Translations under genes and position numbers: made by a program
DNA from: Vulcanimicrobiota bacterium
Lineage (GTDB): Bacteria; Vulcanimicrobiota; Vulcanimicrobiia; Vulcanimicrobiales; Vulcanimicrobiaceae
Direction of reading: 5' to 3'
Assembly: GCA_963723515.1 (NCBI GenBank)
Contig: CAVRQT010000002.1
Span: 640,001 to 704,000, forward strand
Length of the DNA stretch: 64,000 nt
In this document: one piece after another, positions 58,617 through 64,000 of the stretch
How the letters are laid out: each line of letters starts with the position of its first letter
How positions within the stretch are numbered: the first letter of the stretch is position 1
Notes under the pieces: model-generated
Databases searched by the model: none
The model's input: only the letters and a program-made list of their open reading frames with translations
What the model was told of the DNA's origin: nothing

Positions 58617-59162
58617 TTGAAGGTGTTTGCGATGCGTTATTTCGTGGCGGCGATCGTCGCGGCTGCACTTTGTACGGTGCCGGCGTTTGCAAGTCTCAAA
58701 GCCGGCGATGCGGCGCCAAATTTTACACTCCCAGCGTCAATTGGCGGAAAGGTCTTTACATTTGACCTCGGCTCCGCGCTCAAGAAAGGCCCAGTCGTGC
58801 TTTACTTCTATCCGGCGGCGTTTACCAAGGGCTGTACGATCGAAGCGCACGACTTTGCCGACGCGATCGACCAATACCGAGCGCTCGGTGCGACGGTGAT
58901 CGGCGTTTCGCACGACACGATCGATACGCTGAACAAATTTTCGGTGAGCGAGTGCCGGAGCAAGTTTCCGGTGGCGGCAGATCCCGATCTGCACATCGCC
59001 AGCGCGTACGATGCGATTCTGAAAGCCGATCCAAAATATGCCGATCGCACCTCATATGTCATCGCGCCAGACGGCAAGATCGTGTATGCCTACTCGTCGC
59101 TCAACCCGGACAAACATGTCGCGAACACGCTTGATGCGCTAAAGAAACTCGAAGGCAAATAA
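58617..59162 (+). CDS. Exported peroxiredoxin (BCP/PrxQ type)
   Basis: Signal peptide ending AFA; FYPAAFT.GCT.EA motif; GGAGG SD before TTG. Confidence 0.92.
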   Translation: MKVFAMRYFVAAIVAAALCTVPAFASLKAGDAAPNFTLPASIGGKVFTFDLGSALKKGPVVLYFYPAAFTKGCTIEAHDFADAIDQYRALGATVIGVSHDTIDTLNKFSVSECRSKFPVAADPDLHIASAYDAILKADPKYADRTSYVIAPDGKIVYAYSSLNPDKHVANTLDALKKLEGK

Positions 59163-59190
59163 CTCAGCGCCGCCAACGGATTGACAATCC

Positions 59191-59301
59191 CCTGTCACGC
59201 TGAGGCAGTCGAAGCGCGACCGTAACCTGGAATAGCAACATAATCGCAAACTATCATTGGGTAGAATTACGGCGGCCCTTCGACGGGCTCAGGGTGACAG
59301 G
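59191..59301. repeat. Inverted pair of REP-like units (REPIN-like) between convergent genes
   Basis: CCTGTCACGCTGAGGCAGTCGAAGCGC versus the reverse complement of 59275-59301 (CCTGTCACCCTGAGCCCGTCGAAGGGC), 23/27; inner CCGTAA/TTACGG extends the stem. Confidence 0.85.
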
Positions 59302-59319
59302 TCCACGGTGGCTCATACC

Positions 59320-60597
59320 TTACGCTTGGTGCTCGTCCGTCGGCAACTCTAATTGTGGCGTAATCACGTCGAGCGCCGTGACCGGACGAATTGCCGTTTC
59401 GATCGCCGGCGATTCGTTGAGGTCGACATCGGAGAAGGACGCCGTTTCCTTGAGCTTGCGGCCACGCGGCAAAACGCGGCCTTCCATCGAGCCGACCGTA
59501 CTGTTATAAGCCGAAACAGCGCCTTCGAGCGCCGTTCCGATCTTTGCGAAGTGTGACGCAAAGACCCGAACCGCATCGTAGAGATCGCGCCCTAAGACCG
59601 CAATCTGCTTCGCATTCTCTTCCTGCCGTCGCTGTTGCCAGCCAAGCGCATACGAGCGGAGCAGCGCCATCAGCGTTAGTGGGCTTGCGATGTAGATGCC
59701 GCGGTTTGCACCGTATTCGATCAAGTCCGGATTCTCGATGCATGCAGCGCTCAAGAATGCTTCGCCCGGCACGAACATGACGACGAAATCCGCCGAACCT
59801 TCGCTGCGCTGGTAGTTCTTGCGGGCCAAGGCATCGACGTGCGTTTTCATCGCAATCGCGTGTTGATGCAATTTTTCGCGCCGCGTTGTTTCCTCCGCAA
59901 CTTCAACGGCTTCCAGATACGCGTTGAGGGGTGCCTTCGCATCGACGAAGATCAACGAATTTCCCGGCAGCTTGACGGTCATATCGGGGCGACCCACTCC
60001 GTCGACCGATTCAAACGTTTGCTGTTCGCTAAAGTCGCAATACGGTTCCATGCCTGCGAGCTCGACCACGCGCCGCAGCTGCACCTCGCCCCACTTGCCG
60101 CGGGTCGTCGGGTTGCGCAGCGCGGTTAAGAGAACCGACGTTTGACTCGCTAAGTTTGAGGTCGTATCTGCCAATCGATCGCCGTGCGCCGTCAACTGTT
60201 TGATCTGCTCGGTGAGGCCTTGGTACGCGCCGATGCGCTGCCGCTCGACCTCCTTGACGAAAGAGTCGAATTCGGTCAATTTTTGCTGCACCGGTCCGAC
60301 AGCGTTTTGCAAACGCTGCGCGGCGAGATCCAAGAATTCGTCGCGATTGCGCTGTGCGAGCCGGCTGTTAGCTTCAGTCAGCTCGTTCTTGAGTTGCTCC
60401 GCAACGGTTTGCACTGCCTTTTGGTGGCGTTCATCTTGGTCCGTGAGCCGAGCCTGCGCGACCGCGCATTCGCGTTCTGCAGCGCTACAGCGATCTTGCA
60501 AGCGGCGCGCATTTGATTGCAACAAGAGCCAGGCGACCAGCAGCCCGATCACGATCCCAACGATCGACGATGCGATCACCTCGGCTGAAAGCGTCAT
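59320..60597 (-). CDS. rmuC: DNA recombination protein RmuC
   Basis: TM helix and coiled coil; RGKWGE..L, RPD...LP, VDAK.P, DFVVMF.P.E and SP.TL motifs. Confidence 0.93.
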   Translation of the reverse strand: MTLSAEVIASSIVGIVIGLLVAWLLLQSNARRLQDRCSAAERECAVAQARLTDQDERHQKAVQTVAEQLKNELTEANSRLAQRNRDEFLDLAAQRLQNAVGPVQQKLTEFDSFVKEVERQRIGAYQGLTEQIKQLTAHGDRLADTTSNLASQTSVLLTALRNPTTRGKWGEVQLRRVVELAGMEPYCDFSEQQTFESVDGVGRPDMTVKLPGNSLIFVDAKAPLNAYLEAVEVAEETTRREKLHQHAIAMKTHVDALARKNYQRSEGSADFVVMFVPGEAFLSAACIENPDLIEYGANRGIYIASPLTLMALLRSYALGWQQRRQEENAKQIAVLGRDLYDAVRVFASHFAKIGTALEGAVSAYNSTVGSMEGRVLPRGRKLKETASFSDVDLNESPAIETAIRPVTALDVITPQLELPTDEHQA

Positions 60598-60617
60598 TCA
60601 GCCGGACTTTTTTCGCC

Positions 60618-61544
60618 TTACGACTTCAAATACTTTGCAAAGAACGCTAGCGTGCGCGACCATGCGTCGGATGCTGCCGACGGTACATACGAAGCGCGTT
60701 GATCGTCGAAAAATGCGTGGCCCGCCTCCGGATAGATCTTGATGTCGTTGGGCACGCGTAAACGCTGCGCAAAAGCGCGCACGTCATTCGCTAAAATGCC
60801 GGTGTCTCGCTCGCCGTAATTTCCTTCGATCGGAATTTTTATTTGATCGACGTACGCGAGCGCCGGCTCGATCGGCCCGCTGCCATCGCCGGGACCGCCG
60901 CCGGTCACATAGCGCACCGCTCCATACCAGATGGCGGCCGCTGAGAAGAGGTCGGCGTTGTCGATCACTTGCCGAAGTGCGATTCGCCCGCCCATGCAAA
61001 AACCTGTGATACCGATTTTCGCACTGGAATGGTTTGAACGAATCCACTGCGCTGCTGCACGCACATCTCCGTCCACCTGCGCGCGATCGAGTTTTTGCGC
61101 GAAGGCGCTGAAAATTTTGTAATCGGTTGCGTTGTCACCGCTGGGCGCCCCGAAGCGGCCGAATAAGTCCGGAGCGATCGCCTCGTAGCCCGCCTTTGCG
61201 AACCGGCGTACGACGTCTCGGATGCTCGTGTCGACGCCCCAAATGTGCATGATGACGACGACCCCGGGCGTGTTCGCCGTGCCGTCCTTTGGGCTCGCGG
61301 TATAGGCGTTGATGTTGCCGTCGGGACGCGCGAGGGAGACGGTTGCCGTCCTTATGGCCGGATCGTCTTCCGCGACAAGGGGCGGATGCGGTTTCCCGAG
61401 CTGATCCTGCGCTAATGCCTTCGCCGATGTTGCAACGCCAAGCGCGGCGGCGGACAACCCGACAAAGGCCGTACGGTTCAACTGAGTCCCGGTTGCATGA
61501 ACCGGATCGACGTCGTGCATTTCCATATCGTTGCAATCCAGCAT
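60618..61544 (-). CDS. Dienelactone hydrolase family protein with Tat-like leader
   Basis: GFCMGG, G..D, YP.AGH.F and AW.RT..F motifs. Confidence 0.92.
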   Translation of the reverse strand: MLDCNDMEMHDVDPVHATGTQLNRTAFVGLSAAALGVATSAKALAQDQLGKPHPPLVAEDDPAIRTATVSLARPDGNINAYTASPKDGTANTPGVVVIMHIWGVDTSIRDVVRRFAKAGYEAIAPDLFGRFGAPSGDNATDYKIFSAFAQKLDRAQVDGDVRAAAQWIRSNHSSAKIGITGFCMGGRIALRQVIDNADLFSAAAIWYGAVRYVTGGGPGDGSGPIEPALAYVDQIKIPIEGNYGERDTGILANDVRAFAQRLRVPNDIKIYPEAGHAFFDDQRASYVPSAASDAWSRTLAFFAKYLKS

Positions 61545-61603
61545 GGGTGTGGAAGTACCCTTGCAGGCAGTCCGTTCGGCGCTCGGTAAACCAATGCAAG
61601 TCC

Positions 61604-64000
61604 ATGCTCAAAGTCACGCTTCCCGAGATGGGGGAGTCGGTCGCCGAAGGTTCGATCGTCGAATGGCGCAAGCGAGTCGGCGAATACGTTCAGCAAGGCG
61701 AAACGCTTGTCGAGATCACCACCGATAAAGTTGACGTCGAAGTGCCGGCGCCTGAGTCGGGGGTCGTCACGAGCGTCGCCGCCGATGAAGGCGCCAAAGT
61801 CAGCGTCGGCGCCTTGCTCGCTGAAATTGACACCTCCAAAAGATCAGCTGCTGCGGCCAGCGACGGTGCAGCGAGCGACGGCGCGGTGGCTCCCGCGGTC
61901 GAGCCGAGCGGGCCTCCGCAACTCGTCACGGTCGCGATGCCCGAGATGGGAGAATCGGTCACGAACGGCACCGTCGTCGAGTGGCTGCGCAAGCCCGGCG
62001 ATTTCGTCAACGAAAGCGATCCGCTCGTTGAAATTACGACCGACAAAGTCGACGTTGAGGTGCCCTCGACCGCTTCCGGTGTGATCACCAAACTGCTTGT
62101 AGATGAAGGCACTAGCGTCGCAGTTGGCGCGCCGCTGGTTGAGATTGACGCCGCCAAGAAAATCGCTTCGGGCTCGCAGACGGCAGCGGTGTCGTCAACC
62201 CCAGTCCAAACCAAAGAAGCAAAACAAGACTCGCCGTCGCCGTCAGGTGAGCCGCCGCGCGACAATTTTGTCGCAACGCCGCAAGCGCGCCGAATCGCAA
62301 ACCGGTTTGGAATCGATCTGCGCAGCGTCCGCGGCAGCGGACCGGATGGTCTGATCTTGCGGGAAGACCTCGACGATGCGATTGCCGACGCTTCGCCCGC
62401 GGGCGGAAATGGCGTGAGAACCGTCGCTGCATCGGCCAGTGCGCAACTGCCGCCGCTGCATCCGGAAGCGAAAGTCACGACGCTCAAGGGTCCGCCGGCG
62501 ATGCTCGCCGACTACATGGAGCAGAGCCTTTCGGTCCCGACGGCAACGAGTTTTCGGACGATTCCGGTTGACGTGCTCGACGCGCGACGCAAAGAATTAG
62601 GCGGCGCATTGCGTGCGGCAGGACGGCCGGAAAAAGTTTCGTTCACGCATTTGATCGCGTTCGCGCTCGTTCGCGCAGCGCACGAGATGCCGGCGATCAC
62701 CGCCCATTTTCGCCGCGACGGCACGACACCGCAGCGGATTGAGCTCGGCGTTCATCTCGGGCTCGCGGTCGATGCACAACGCAAAGACGGTTCACGCTTC
62801 TTGATCGTGCCGGTCATCAAGAACGCCGACACGCTGGACTTTGGTTCGTTCCGAAAGACCTACGAAGAGCTCGTCACGAAATCGCGCGAAGGCAAACTGA
62901 CGGCCGACGATCTCAGCGGCGCTTCCTTTACCTTAACGAATCCCGGCGGAATCGGAACGGTCGCATCGGTTCCGCGCCTCATGGCCGGACAAGGCGCGAT
63001 CATTGCCGCCGGAGCGATCGGTTATCCGCCGGGAATGAGCCGCGCGAACGAATCCGCGCTGCGCTCGATGGGCGTGGAGCGTGTCATGACGATGACGAGC
63101 ACCTACGATCATCGGGTCATTCAAGGTGCGCAATCCGGTGAATTTTTGCGGCGCGTCGATGAGCTGCTGAGCGGCAAAGACGATTTTTACGAGGCCGTTT
63201 TCGCCGCGCTCGGATTGCAAGCCAAAGCGACGCCGCAACTGGAGCCGACGGCGCCGCAGGCGCCCGGCGCTGCACCCTCAGACGAAATGCTGCGCGCGGT
63301 TGCGGCCGGGCATGGCGATCATCGCTTCCTACCGCACGCACGGACATCTCGCGGCGACGCTCGATCCGCTCGGCGCGCAACCCGTCGGCGACCCGGCGCT
63401 CGATCCGCAAAACTATGGTTTGACGCCCGCGCTGCAAGCCGCGATTCCGGCATCCGTGCTGCGCGTCAAAGTGCCGGGCAATACGTTAGCCGACGTGCTG
63501 CCGCACATGAAGCAAACCTACAGCTCCACAATTGCTTACGAGATCGAACACATTTCCAATACGGCGCAGCGTGAATGGCTACGTGAGTGGATCGAGTCCG
63601 GCACCCACCGCGTCGAGCTCAGCCCCGAGCGCAAGCTCGAAGTGCTGCAACGCTTGACGCGCGTTGAAACGCTCGAGCGCTATCTGCGCCGTACGTTCCT
63701 CGGTCAGAAGACGTTCTCGATCGAAGGCCTTGACGTCATGGTGCCGATGCTTGAAGAGATGCTGGTCATGCTTGCGAAGGACGGCGTCGAGCACGCCGTT
63801 TTGGGCATGGCGCATCGCGGACGCTTGAACACGATCGCGCACGTCGTCAATGCACCATACGAAGAGATTCTGGTCGAGTTTGAAGCCGCCAATCGACGCG
63901 GCGAGATCGCCGAAGATGCGGATGTCACGGGCGACGTAAAATACCATCACGGCGCCGAGGGCCAGTACGTCTTGCCCAACGGCTCGACGATCGCCGTTCA
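61604..64000 (+). CDS. Multifunctional 2-oxoglutarate dehydrogenase (2 lipoyl + E3-binding + succinyltransferase + E1), 3'-partial, +1 frameshift at G run 63308-63310
   Basis: Two TDKVD lipoyl domains, ATPQARR..GIDL..V.GSG..G and YDHRVIQGA; after the shift YRTHGHL, KTFSIEG, GMAHRGRLN and GDVKYH. Confidence 0.9.

Noticed and set aside
23224..59301. CRISPR array interpretation of the TGAG/CGAA repeats
   Set aside because: The copies are dispersed, in both orientations, without regular spacers or cas genes.
61853..61885. ASDGA-ASDGA tandem duplication in the dehydrogenase
   Set aside because: Ordinary low-complexity linker between lipoyl domains.

Overview
GC-rich, gene-dense chromosomal window from a diderm bacterium. 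The gene content (SLH-domain outer-membrane protein, single LptF/G, DUF3084-like gene, minCDE-rodA, E2-E1-fused 2-oxoglutarate dehydrogenase) suggests a diderm Terrabacteria lineage such as Eremiobacterota/Vulcanimicrobiota; this is inference only. Bases 1-24.3 kb hold one tightly coupled outer-membrane biogenesis cluster: tamB, bamA, three Skp/OmpH-like genes, lpxD-lpxC-fabZ-lpxA-lpxB, a metallophosphoesterase, an LpxB-like glycosyltransferase, an O-antigen ligase, lptC-lptB-lptF/G, DUF3084-like and YqgF-like genes, an SLH protein, a TPR protein and a GT4. After that come recQ / dnaX-ybaB-recR, a MoxR-DUF58-DUF4350-DUF4129-SpoIIM-RDD module, an M48 protease, minC-minD-minD-minE-rodA, RNase E/G, an NHL-repeat gene, ftsEX with two S41 proteases, several metabolic genes and the start of a fused 2-oxoglutarate dehydrogenase. 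I saw no rRNA, tRNA, CRISPR array, transposase or phage genes. Main leads: (1) a cytoplasmic GNRE-motif metallophosphoesterase coupled to lpxB that may replace LpxH/LpxI/LpxG; (2) tandem, apparently intact MinD paralogues; (3) a dispersed REP-like hairpin family (nnnTGAG-N4-6-CGAAnnn) with covarying stems, found nested, supplying stop codons and in frame inside RNase E/G; (4) lipidated and elongated Skp paralogues; (5) a lipoyl-bearing single-chain E2-E1 enzyme; (6) perfect DnaA boxes upstream of recQ/dnaX and minC. About seven single-base insertions break genes and are most likely sequencing or assembly errors.
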